DNA from: Octopus bimaculoides
Taxonomy: Eukaryota
Length of the DNA stretch: 64,000 nucleotides
NCBI RefSeq assembly: GCF_001194135.2
Contig: NC_068986.1
Span: 72,846,383 to 72,910,382 of the forward strand
Direction: 5' to 3'
Part shown: positions 52,861-64,000 of the stretch, piece after piece
Numbering within the stretch: position 1 is the first letter of the stretch
Layout: every line of letters begins with the position of its first letter
Program-made: the position numbers and the translations under genes
Notes under the pieces: model-generated
Databases searched by the model: none
The model's input: the letters and a program-made list of their open reading frames with translations, nothing else
Told to the model about the DNA's origin: nothing

Positions 52861-53315
52861 TCATCATCATCATCATCATCATCATTTAGCATCTGTTGTT
52901 CATGCTGGCATGTGTTGGATGGTTTGACCAAAGCTGGCAAGCTAGAGAGTGGCACCAGACTCCAGTCTGATTTGGAATGGTTTCTACAACTGGAAGCACC
53001 ATTGAAAAAATGATGAACAGTCTTAATCGATTTTCAACCACTTGGTGGAGTGTGGTGGGAGCATTTATGTGGTTGTGTGGAGTGTGGTGGGTGCTTTTAA
53101 GTGGCACTGCATCGGTGCTTTTACAAGGTACGACATGGGCGCTTTTATATGGCACCACATGGGTGCTTTTATGTGATGCCACAAGGGTGCTTTTACAGGA
53201 CACCACACAGGTGCCTTTGCATGAAACTGCATGAGTGCTTTTACATCACACTGCACAGGTGCTTTTATGTGGCACCACAAGAGCACTTTTACATGATGCC
53301 ACATGGGGGATTTCA
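52861..53315 (-). mobile_element. RTE-3'-derived repeat with expanded ~24-bp minisatellite
   Basis: (CAT)n tail at ~52861; roughly ten GTGCTTTTATGTGGCACCACATGG-like units at ~53085-53310. Confidence 0.75.
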
Positions 53316-54696
53316 GTGCATATAATATGATATAATATATGTAACTTACACAGTAGACATATATATAAACAGGACAAATTTAACTATTTCCCCATAGAGT
53401 AAAAAAAGGATAAACAGTCTTAATCACTTTTCAGACATTATTGGGTTCTCTTCAGATGTGTCTAAATCAGTCTGACCAACCCCAGAGAAATAAACAACCA
53501 GTATGTTTATATACTCACAAATTCAGTAGCTATAGAGAACTGGAGCTACTAGTACGTGTACATGTATATCTTACAAGGCACCAACACATGTGGGGTACAA
53601 AGCAACCCCACTTATGTTGGTACCACTATATTTCCACCCAGGATACTCTATAAAGCGATTGACAAGCAAAATGGAGATATGTGGTTAAATGGACTCTTTA
53701 GTCTAGTCAAAGACATGATCACCAATTCACACTGCAGCTGATTTTCTAGCAGAAATCATTGATTGAACTGGGAGGAAAGGGTCAGTGATGTCAATGGCTG
53801 AGGGGCCTTACTGGAAGAGGAAGGGTGAATGAGGTCAAGTGGGCAGAAGCAGGACAAGCGTAGGTCCCTTTGGCCTCAGGTAGTGGGAGCAGATAGACAC
53901 ATGTAGACATGTGAGCTAGAAAGGGAATTTGCCCTAAGTTCTAGCGATAGGTTAAACAGGTAGGGCGCATCTTGGATTTAATCCAGTTGGACAGTTGGCA
54001 CTGAGTAGGTGAATTGCATTTTGTTTGCCTTATTACACTTCCTCATACTATAAGTACTAAGGGTGATTTAAATAACAGAGAAAATGGAAAAAAATTAACA
54101 AACAAAAGGTAAAAGATAGTATAAAAAGTATTATTCAAAGGGGGAAATTATTATGAAAGGATATGATGTAAGAACTGTGAAGTTATAAATAAAAATAATT
54201 TACATTATCTAAAGCTGTTCTGTGAGAAATAAATATGAGTGGAATATAAAGAACCAGTATTGACCATGTAAATAAATATAAGATACAGATATTTTAAAAA
54301 TACATAAAGATACACGAAATTAAAAGTAACAATTGGAAAAAAAAGTCTGTTGTAGTAAATGAGTATGAAATAATCTAGTGACACAGGGGACATAACTGAA
54401 ATTCGACAGCTAAAAACTGCCCTGTTTTGCATTAAAAAGTAACATTACCTCCCTGTCTCCTCTCCTCTACTCCCACCTCAACCTGTTCCCTACGTTATCT
54501 TATTTATTACCATCCTTTCACAATAAATATGTTCTTTCCATCATGGGATACACTCTCTGGCTTTGAAAATAACAAGACCACTCCCAACAATGCTAGTGCC
54601 ACAAAAAGCACCCAATGCATTCTAAGTGTTTTATAATCAATCCAAACAACAAATTCTATCTGACCCATGAAAGCATGGAAGAGTGGACATTATTAA

Positions 54697-54740
<44 letters not shown>

Positions 54741-54857
54741 AAACCTCTAAGTACAGAAATTTATAGCCATGGCAGAGATTCATATTTCCAAGAAACATCT
54801 ATCACAAACCTGAAATGCAGACAAAATACAGAAGTATCATCAAATAGTATGGCTTAC

Positions 54858-54952
54858 CTGCTTAGAAGAATACCTTTAATTGATGTCAACTCAGATTTTA
54901 TTTCATTGGAAAGCCGACTTGACTGAGGGTAAGACGCTCCATTTGATTTTGA
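54858..54952 (-). CDS. PEX14: PEX14 internal exon (SKSNGASYPQSSRLSNEIKSELTSIKGILLS)
   Basis: Acceptor TTACAG, donor CAG|GTAAG; 95 bp, phase 0 to 2. EIKSELTSIKGILLSR matches PEX14 ELKSEINSLKGLLLNR. Confidence 0.9.
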
Positions 54953-55037
54953 CTGTAATATGATTAAACACCAATATGTAGAAACAAAACAATAATGAGC
55001 AAATACATTCTTTATAGGTTTACAACACTTCATGTTT

Positions 55038-55120
55038 GAGACTCTGATGAAGCTGTAAAGTGTTACTCAGGAGCTCAACTATAAGTCCACAGCATCTTAT
55101 TGCAGAAACAACTGTAAGCT
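55038..55120 (+). ncRNA. Degenerate hammerhead-like motif
   Basis: CTGATGA at 55044-50 and GAAACAACTGTA at 55105-16; stems are imperfect. Confidence 0.35.
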
Positions 55121-55689
55121 AATAAGTTCATAAAAAAAATTGTTTATTCTTTTGTCAGCTCTTTTTTTTTTTTTTAAAGTTTACAAATTATCATATAATC
55201 ACACACCAAATCAACATTTCAAAACAATTATTCTATGGTAAATGTATAAGGATGACGACAAGGTCATAGGAAATTCCAATAGTCAAAATGTAATTATTAC
55301 TGAAAAATAATTATTACTGTCTCAAGATTACTGTCAAGATTACTTGAGACAGATTACTGTCTCAAGTCCTATGGCTCATAGACCCAGTTTCCATGCCATG
55401 TAAGTAACCAAGATCACAACATTCCTCTTGAACAGGATGCAAGTCCATTTCAGGTTTACTCATTTACAGCTAAGTAGACTGAAGCAATGTAAAATGAAGT
55501 GTTTTGTTTAAGAACACAATACACTGCTTAGACTAGGAATTGAAACAATGACCTTGTAATTGTGAGTGCAACACCCTAGCCACTAAGCCAAACACTTTCA
55601 CATTTAGTAAAAGATAAGTTTGAAATTAATCAAATGATTTTTCTTTTTTTATTTTAAAATCAACTTAGAAAGAAAAAAATTACTTAGAT

Positions 55690-56019
55690 CAGTGGTTCTC
55701 AACCATTTTTTACCTATAGACATCTTTGATTACAGTTTTACTATGATGGAGCCCCACAGCCATTTGATGTTTAAGAACTAGTGTTATAAATACTTCTTCT
55801 AAAATTCCTATTTCGTTTTCCACACATTGACTTGTGTAGATTGAACTATGTAAAACATTTGAGAAAGAAATCTCGCTGCTCTTTACAATAGATAAATCTA
55901 AAGCAAAATTTTCCCATGAACAGAAGTATTTCATTATGGATTCCTAATTTTACTTGTGTGAATTCCCAAAATCTTATATGGAGCCCCTGGGGTCATATGG
56001 ATCTGGTAGAGAACCACTG
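55690..56019. mobile_element. hAT-like MITE
   Basis: CAGTGGTTCTC ... GAGAACCACTG ends; flanks ACTTAGAT / ATTTAGAT (7 of 8 TSD match). Confidence 0.75.
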
Positions 56020-56984
56020 ATTTAGATGATGCATGACAGATTCCTACATTATTTTGTGATTTAAGACCCAATTCATTTATTCCACCAGATTGTTTCACAT
56101 CAATTTACACAGACATTCAATTAAAAAAATGATATTTTCATTAAAGTTCTGTGTTCTAATTTCAGACAATGGATAATGTAGTTTTAGAGAAACTGTGCCA
56201 CCTTCGTTTTAATGATGGTTGGGTGTGATCTGAAGTTTGAATGACTCCATAGAAACACCCACATTAGATCATTAGGGATGTTTGTGAAATTTACATGTAA
56301 ATTTTAGTAAGGCAAATTTAGTGAAATAGAACTAGCTTATAGACTTGGTTTAACAAAAGCTTACCTCTACTGTAAACATATTAATGTAGGTAGTAATAGT
56401 CAGTCCTTAAATGAATTATTAAATTCCCAGAAAGTACTTATTTTATTCCTTTTTTTTTTTTCACTATTGTATTACTAAGTGGTAGATTTACATCATAATT
56501 TAATTAAATTCTTTTAATATATGACACAATAAGTCAATTAAAAATCAATGAAATAACTACATTTTGAAAATGCATTTAAGATGAAACAATAAACCATACA
56601 AAAGTATGGGAAATATATAATATTCACACAACAGGAACAGTTAAGAGAAAACATTTAGTCAGTCTGAGCTATAGTAGAAGACACTTGCCCAAGGTGCCAT
56701 GCAGTGGACTGAATAGGAAACCACGTGGTTGGGAAGCAATCTTCTTACAACACGGCTACATCTGCACCTATATGGTAGGTTTCCATGTAGCTCCTATCTA
56801 CCAAATTCACTCTCAAGGTGTCGGTTGGTGTGGGGCTGTATTAGAAGGCACCTGCTAAAACCATGTAGTTGCATAGTGAACTTGTTAACCATATAGTCAT
56901 GGTTATGCTTTTTTCAGATATATTTTTATCTGACATGCAGAGCAGATATCTGTGTGTGTGTGTGTGTGCATACACACATGTGTA

Positions 56985-57041
<57 letters not shown>

Positions 57042-57084
57042 TCATAGATATCTGACATCGTCCAGTAACAGATAACTATGTATA

Positions 57085-57465
57085 CTTACTCTTTTACTCT
57101 TTTACTTGTTTCAGTCATTTGACTGCAGCCATGCTGGAGCACCGCCTTTAGTCGAGAAAATTGACCCCAGGACTTATTCTTTGTAAGAATGGTACTTATT
57201 CTATCGGTCTCTTTTTGCCGAACCGCTAAGTTACAGGGACGTAAACACACCAGCATCGGTTGTCAAGCGATGGTGGGGTGACAAACACAGACACACATAT
57301 ACGACGGGCTTCTTTCAGTTTCCATCTACCAAATCCACTCACAAGGCTTTGGTTGGCCCGAGGCTATAGTAGAAGACACTTGCTCAAGGTGCCACGCAGT
57401 GGGACTGAACCCGGAACCATGTGGTTGGTAAGCAAGCTACTTACCACACAGACACTCCTGCACCT
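57085..57465 (-). mobile_element. Major-family tRNA SINE
   Basis: Full-length reverse match, ending ~65 bp from a PEX14 donor site. Confidence 0.9.
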
Positions 57466-57530
57466 ATACTTGAGGATAATAATTTATGAACTTCTTTAAG
57501 TTGATACAACAATACTTATAACAGGTTTAC

Positions 57531-57704
57531 CTTGAGAAGTTCTTCATTTAATAATAACTGCTGCTGTTGTATAGTATCAACAACATCTTGGACTTTCTTC
57601 ATGGTCTCCACCATATTGTTCTGCATCTCTAAAACACTGTTCTCAATTATTTCCATTCTTCTTTCACTTGCTGATTTGATGCCAAAATAAGGTGAAATAT
57701 ACTC
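57531..57704 (-). CDS. PEX14: PEX14 internal exon (coiled coil; EYISPYFGIK...LLNEELLK)
   Basis: Acceptor TGTTTTGTCTTCCAG-like, donor AAG|GTAAAC; 174 bp, phase 0/0. Corresponds to PEX14 KYLLPLILG...ERME...QQQQ. Confidence 0.85.
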
Positions 57705-58689
57705 CTGGAAGACAAAATACATGTGGAACAAATTATTACTTCTAAAGACAAAAGTAAGCACATCAGATTACACAGAACAGATCAACATACAAAAAAAACC
57801 TACTAAATTGGCAAGATAGACAAACAGATGAGAAATATACTTAACATTTTTAACCTTTAAACAACGGGAAAGAGTTACATCAATGTCTGTGTCAAAAAGG
57901 CAACAAACAAATATCTGTTTATCTTAAGGGTAATTTTTATACTTTTATACATTCACTTTAAATAAGTTCAGAAACTATAAAAAATTACAATTTCCTTATC
58001 GAAAAGTACCATAAATTATTCAGCATGAATATAAAATCACTTGAGATTCATGCACTGTTGTTGTCAAATGAATGCACAAATGGAGAAAAATCAGTGCACC
58101 TTTTTCATCCAGAACTAGCTGGAGCACTATGTTGTTCTATGCTATCTATAACAACATCATCATTATCCAGTGGTGGTGGTGGCGACGACAACAACAGTAA
58201 GGAAAAACTTCTTCATTGCTGTATAAATCTTCTATTTATGACTTGATTTCTTCTAGCAATAAGGGTCACTTACACTTGGGTGTGTTTGATGAAGTAAACA
58301 CATGGACATCAATGGATGATGGACTTACACATGTAAAACTTTTGAAGCACCAATTGATGATGTCTGCTATTTAAGGGTCATTAAAATAGATTGATAATTA
58401 GTACCAATCTATTATACTGTCAACTTAGTAACTTTCAGAAGAATCAGAAGCAAGAAAAAAGGAAGGAATGGAAGTTAAAAGATATCTGTGTTAAGGGAAA
58501 CTTGCAAAATGCACAAGATGCCATCTACTACAGTAGAGAGTTGGGGTATAGAGAACTATAATACAGAGAACAGATGGAATTCCTAATAAACACTCAGTTT
58601 CAAGACATTGACCAATTCTCAGATAAACAATAGGTGACACAGAGTTGTGGAATAAATAAAGTAGAATTATAAATGGTGAAAAACTTGGA

Positions 58690-60400
58690 AGTAGCAGAAT
58701 AAAGATAGCAAGAATTGATAACAAGGTATATTTAACTAAGAAAGAAGCTGAATATAGATTTGATAATGTTCTTCGGTATGAGGTAGAGAGGTATGGAATA
58801 TTCTAAATTGGAAAGTAGTGCATCTGTATAAATCATTGAGGAGGTGTCTGGAGCAACAGTGGTGCTCTTTCCATCAGTGACAGTTTTTTTTTAATACTTC
58901 TTAGTCCTAAATAAGGCGACAAGCCATTTAGTGTAAGGGACTATGAACAAGAAGAAATTAAGACATAAGGAATGAATTTAGTTTAGACTTGAAAGAGTTC
59001 AGATCATAAGAAGGAGGAAAACAATGAGATGGAAGAGAGTTCCAAAGTCTGGTTGTTCGAGGAAAGAGGCTATAACAGTAGAAAGGTTCCATGGAAGCAC
59101 AATAGCATTTGGACAAAAAGATGCTATGAGTTTCAAGTCAGGTGAGATGGTATAAAGTGATCTGGAACTAAAAGAGGAAGTTCATCAGGACACCTCCTTT
59201 TGTATCAACAATAGATAAGACTAAGACTGGTGATGTTATATTGACACGGACTACAGAGTTGAAGTAAGAGAGAAAACAGTCAAATTAGAGACTCACTTCT
59301 AAACCTGGTCAAGGAGATCCAAGAAACAAGATGGTGCATCTACCCAAATATGAGAACAGTATTCCATACTACGATGAATTCTGGACTTGTAAAGATATAA
59401 AATGGCCTCAGATGTGAGGTAGTCCTTTGATCTATACAACGACCTAGCCTTATGGGAAGTAGACCTACCAATTGATTGTACGTAAGACCCCAAGAAAGAT
59501 AAAGTGAAAAAGTAAGACCAAGCAATTTCAAATAAGATCTTTCTTCAAGTGGTTTGACTCTCTCACCTCAGACCTATAACTCATGTAAATGCAAGGACGG
59601 TAAGAATCCCACTTTCCACTGATAAACATGAGTTTGGTCTTGTCATGGTTGAAAGCTACTAATCACTTCTTGCCTCATTTCTTAACAATCTGCAAATGCA
59701 CCTGAAGACTACTGGTAAGTTCCAACTATTTCGAGGGAGAGGGATTGCCAGGAAAACCAGAATAAAGAGTAATGTCATCAGCTTAAATATTGATGAATTG
59801 TAGAACATTGCAGGAAGATCATTGATGTAGAGGAGAGATAGAGTTGGACCAAGAATAGTCTTGAGGAACCCCAGTATTGATAGAATACTCAGAAGAAATT
59901 ACACTGTTCAGAGTCACACATACACGACAACCAGAAAGGAATGACTTGATAATGTCAAAGACTCTTCCACATACACCATAGGTAGAGAGATTTGAAGTAA
60001 AGCAGCATGACAAACCCTATCAAAAGCTTTAAATATATCAAGAGCTAGAGCACAGCTCTCTTCTGATTTATCCATGAATTAGTTGATACAGTCTGTAGTA
60101 ACAGTCAGAAGATCAACAGTAGAATGAGAACAAAGAAAGCCATTCTGAACATCAACAAGGTGTCCTGAGCTTTCAAGGAACTTAATTAACCTGTTGTTGA
60201 TGAGCCATTCAAAGACCTTGCTAACAACTGACAGAAGACTAACAGGACAGTATTTGTTTGGGTTAGAAGGCTCACCATCATTCTTAAAAATTGGGACAAC
60301 ATTAGATACCTTCCAGCAAGATGGAAAACAAGAGAAGTATTTCTATACTTGACAAACTTTAACCATGAAATTAGAAACTTTCATTTCAGTAAGAAATGAA
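58690..60400 (-). mobile_element. CR1-like LINE RT domain and C-terminus, decayed
   Basis: QNGF, DIFKAFDRV, NTGVPQ, *ADD (YADD mutated), KLLGLTF and MEYCSHIW motifs across frames. Confidence 0.85.
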
Positions 60401-60809
60401 ATTTATTTATTCCTTTTTAGATCATACTTTGAAGCATTTAGAAGTTTGAAAAATCAACCTAAGAAACTGCTCGAATGTGAATCTAGTTATAAATAAAAGC
60501 TCATAATAGCTATTTTTTAAAACTGTTTTATATCCATTACAGGGTGTAGTCCCACTGTTAGCCACTCAACCATGAAATAGGAGTGAAACCTATTTTCATC
60601 AGTCTGATAAACTAGAGCAACTAATTATACATCTCACTGGAAGGTACAATACAATGAATAAAAGAATGTTTGAACTTCTGAAATCCAGAACATCACAAAT
60701 ATTTTGCCTCAGAATTATAAAACAATATTCAAGTTCACCTTATTATTAAAGTCAAAACTCTAAGTGTCTGGGGAGAGTCATACTACCTTTGTATATAACA
60801 CCCTCCCAG

Positions 60810-60965
60810 GTTCAATTTCCACTTATTTATTATTTATCTTTTTTCTTTTTCAAAATTTTCATTGCTATTACAACCTTGAGAATCAATATCCATTGACAAG
60901 GTTGCAATAGCAACAAAAATTTTGGAAAAGAAAAAATATAAATAATAAATGAGTGGAAATTGAAC
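60810..60965. repeat. Foldback MITE
   Basis: GTTCAATTTCCACT...TTGCTATTACAACCTTG / CAAGGTTGCAATAGCAA...AGTGGAAATTGAAC. Confidence 0.85.
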
Positions 60966-61199
60966 TGATGAGTATGTTAGATATTAAGGCAGTATGACTC
61001 TCCCCAAACAACAAAATTTGGTTCAATAAATGAATTCATATAAAGAATCTTGTAAACCAGATACAGAAACGAAATACTCTAAGTGTATTTTCATTTTCAC
61101 TCTTTACTGATGGTATACACAGATAAAGACTAAATAACTAAGCTAACGGCAACAAAATATCTCCTCCTCCATCATCTTCAGTCTCTATCCTAGTGACTT

Positions 61200-61620
61200 T
61201 AAGTTTCCAAAGTAACACATCAACTAAAAATTTGTCTTACTTCACTCACCAAAGGTATTTCTCTATTGAGAATTACAGCAATTCCAATATTGCTGATTTT
61301 GACATGAACAAAACTTTCAACTCTATCTGGTATGAAAAAATTTCTATCTAAGTTGGTCTATATTTGTTGGGGGGCTACATCTGTTGGTCAACATTTGTTT
61401 CTTCTTTCTTGAAGAAGAAATTTCCTGCCAAACAATTGCATTGCAGAATATATATCAAAGGTGTTCACTCCACCTCATATTCTATCAACTGTTATATACA
61501 CCTAAGTCCAGTTATGTCTGCCACAAGTTTCATTCTCTATACCAATGATGTACTTCTATTGATACAAATGATACCACCCTTAACTTCCTTCTTAACTTGC
61601 CACACAATCATCATTCACAT
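61200..61620 (+). mobile_element. Heavily decayed CR1-like RT fragment
   Basis: FDMNKTFNSIW and HSTSYSINC...SPVMSATSFILYTND resemble RT motifs. Confidence 0.5.
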
Positions 61621-61909
61621 GCCTAGACTTGCACAATTTCTATAAGACATGATAAGCTGGTTTCCTTCAACCCCAATGCAGAAATGTTATATCACAAGAC
61701 CAAGACAGAATTACAACTAACTGAAGACTAAAGAGCATTAGTAAATACAAACATTTATACTCACAAAACACCTCACACATCTTTCTTTTTCAACTCCTTT
61801 TCTGTTTAACTAGGTTACGATAAACAACAGCTGCAATTTCATCACTAAATTATTACCAATCTACTCTCCTATTATTAACCGCTATAAATTATTTATGTAT
61901 ACATGTATC

Positions 61910-62232
61910 TTGTGAAGGCACATGGCTTAGTGGTTAGGATATTTGGCTTACTATTGTAAGATCGTGAGTTTAATTCCTAGCAATGCGTTGAGTCCTTGAG
62001 CAAGATACTTTATTTCATATGGCACCAGTCCACTTAGCTGGAAAAACGAGTAGTCTCTGCAATTCAAAGGGCCAACATTGTCACATTCTGTGTCACGCTG
62101 AATCTCCCTGAAAACTATGTTAAGAGTACACAAGTCTGTGGAGTGCTCAGCCACTTGCACATTAATTTCACAAGCATGCTGTCTTGTTGATCAGATCAAC
62201 TAGAACCCTTGTTGTAACTGACGGAGTGCCAT
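61910..62232 (+). mobile_element. Second SINE family copy
   Basis: Shares CTGTGGAGTGCTCAGCCACTTGCAC...GATCAACT with 4740-5130. Confidence 0.8.
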
Positions 62233-62239
62233 ACATACA

Positions 62240-62612
62240 TGTGTCTTTCACTTGTTTCAGTCACTGGACTCTGGCCATGCAGGAGTATTGCCTTGAAGAG
62301 TTTTAATCAAGCAAACCAACTCCAGAGCTTATTTGTTTAAACTCTGATACTTATTCTAGCAGACCCTTTAGTTATGAGGACAAACTTATTCTAGCAGACC
62401 CTTAAGTTATGGGGACAAACACAAATGCAAAGATACGCATATTTATGACAGGCTTTCACAGAATTTCCATCTACCAGATCCACTCACAAAGTATCAGTTA
62501 GCCCAGGGCTATGGTAGAAGACTCTTGCCCAAGGTGCTGTGCAGTGGGACTGAACCCAAAACCATGTTGTTGTAAAGGATGTTTCTTAACCACAAAGCCA
62601 TGCCTGTGCCTA
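62240..62612 (-). mobile_element. Major-family SINE, degenerate
   Basis: Reverse match to 3291-3697. Confidence 0.75.
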
Positions 62613-63007
62613 TATATATATGTATATATATATATATATAGTCCATTCTGTAGGGCGGATGGTGTTAGGAAGGGCATCCAGCTGTAAAAATCAGGCCAAA
62701 ACAGACACAGAAGGCGGGTGCAGTCTTCTACATGGCCAACTCCAGTCAAACCATCTAACCCATGATGATGATATATATATATATATATATATATAGCAAT
62801 GTTAAATCTCTTAACGAGGTATAAACAGTAACTGCACGACAATGTGAAGTATACTTGCCACTTAAATGCGGCTAAACCCTAAGGGTGAATGTTACTGTTG
62901 CTTTTAGCCCCAGGAGAACATCTCCTCCAGCTGGCTATTGACATACATTTGTGTCCTGTCTGTATTTGCGAAGGGAAGTCATCCTTCCCATCTTGATCAC
63001 ATGATAT

Positions 63008-63050
63008 GCATGGACTCGAGTTTCTGGGTATTTACCCTTCATCAGCTTAA
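63008..63050 (-). ncRNA. Minimal hammerhead ribozyme motif at the end of a ~220-bp repeat
   Basis: Minus strand: CTGATGA-A-GGGT(AAAT)ACCC-A-GAAAC-TCGA-GTC. Stem I pairing is poor. Confidence 0.55.
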
Positions 63051-63399
63051 TATATATGTATATATATATATATATATATTATAACCAAAAACTTTTATTA
63101 AAACACTATAGAGATATCATTTTGCCCCCTTTCTTCCATGAGCCACCCAAAATTAGCAAAAGGGATATCTAAAAATTCAAAAGCTTTAAAACCAAACAAA
63201 ATCAAAGAGAAATACCTAAACAATTTAAGCTTAAGGAAATCAATGCATTCATCATCTACAACTACTAGAAGTAAAATTGTCAAATTCCCAGAATCTGGAA
63301 ACTGAATAAAACTATAAAAAATTCAAAAAGTAAATTAACATGATGCAGACTCATCAGCCTCCTATGCACACACATTCAAAAATTCAATGACTAAACCTT

Positions 63400-63870
63400 G
63401 ACATTTCTATCCCTTGCATCTTCTACTCCAGTTCATAACGTGGTTTCATTTAACCACCATACAACCACAAACCTATCACAGTAAATACATGATGACTTCA
63501 GCAACAAAAAACAAGTCCCACATATGTTACTGTAACTATTATTGACATCAGTAATGATAGTTTCAACTCCATTCCTTGCTACCCATACAAAATATAACAC
63601 AAAATGCTGACTACCAAACTATCCATCAGATTCCCAGGCCTTTATAATAGATAAGAATTACACTTCAGAAATGGCAATTGCCAGAATAAAGTACTACAGG
63701 ATTTTCATTCTTTTACCCACATTTTTCAACCTATGTCTACATGACCTTGCCACACTTCCACAAAACATACAGACAGCCACATAAATCTCATTCATTCTTT
63801 CACCATTCTCCAGAAACTATACAATTACTCAAGGCTTACATAAATCACCTAGAAACCTGGTTCCACAACG
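63400..63870 (+). mobile_element. Decayed LINE RT remnant
   Basis: FILLPTFFNLCLHDL resembles the GxxLSPxLFNLYxxD motif. Confidence 0.4.
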
Positions 63871-64000
63871 TGTGAGTGTGTGTGTGTGTGAATGTGTGTG
63901 TACACATATACTTACATATATACACATGCATACATACAAACATACATACACATGTATGTATGCATTTATGCATGCATGTATATATCACACTAAGTAATGT

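Noticed and set aside
53040-53315. Regularly spaced repeats suggestive of a CRISPR array
   Set aside because: Units are contiguous and degenerate with no unique spacers, there are no cas genes, and the context is eukaryotic.
57705-64000. Search for the upstream PEX14 exon encoding the transmembrane segment
   Set aside because: No donor-flanked frame with a WRDY-like hydrophobic segment was seen; it is presumed to lie beyond the window.

Overview
AT-rich, repeat-dense animal genomic DNA with assembly gaps and many (TA)n/(CA)n microsatellites. The SINE and MITE families look like those of octopod cephalopods (inference from recognition, not a database search). Two protein-coding genes are supported by splice sites and consistent phases. 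(1) An uncharacterised 3-exon plus-strand gene (12707-12761, 20853-21443, 23033-23241; 284 aa). (2) The last three coding exons of PEX14 on the minus strand (57704-57531, 54952-54858, 44607-44289); its upstream exons were not found in the window. The rest is a nested mosaic of tRNA-derived SINEs, RTE/CR1/L1-like LINE fragments, mariner, maT (DD37D), hAT, piggyBac-type and foldback elements, and a Helitron helicase remnant. The most interesting signals are: (a) a ~520-bp palindromic insertion made of two head-to-head units, each a Pol III tRNA-like head fused to a hammerhead-ribozyme tail, plus two other hammerhead-like motifs in PEX14 introns, all with palindromic stem III; (b) a two-LTR element with a tRNA-Trp primer-binding site and only 269 bp of non-coding interior; (c) a hairpin with A-C mismatches just downstream of the orphan gene. 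None of these has been tested computationally. Repeat boundaries are approximate unless a target-site duplication (TSD) or terminal inverted repeat (TIR) is quoted.
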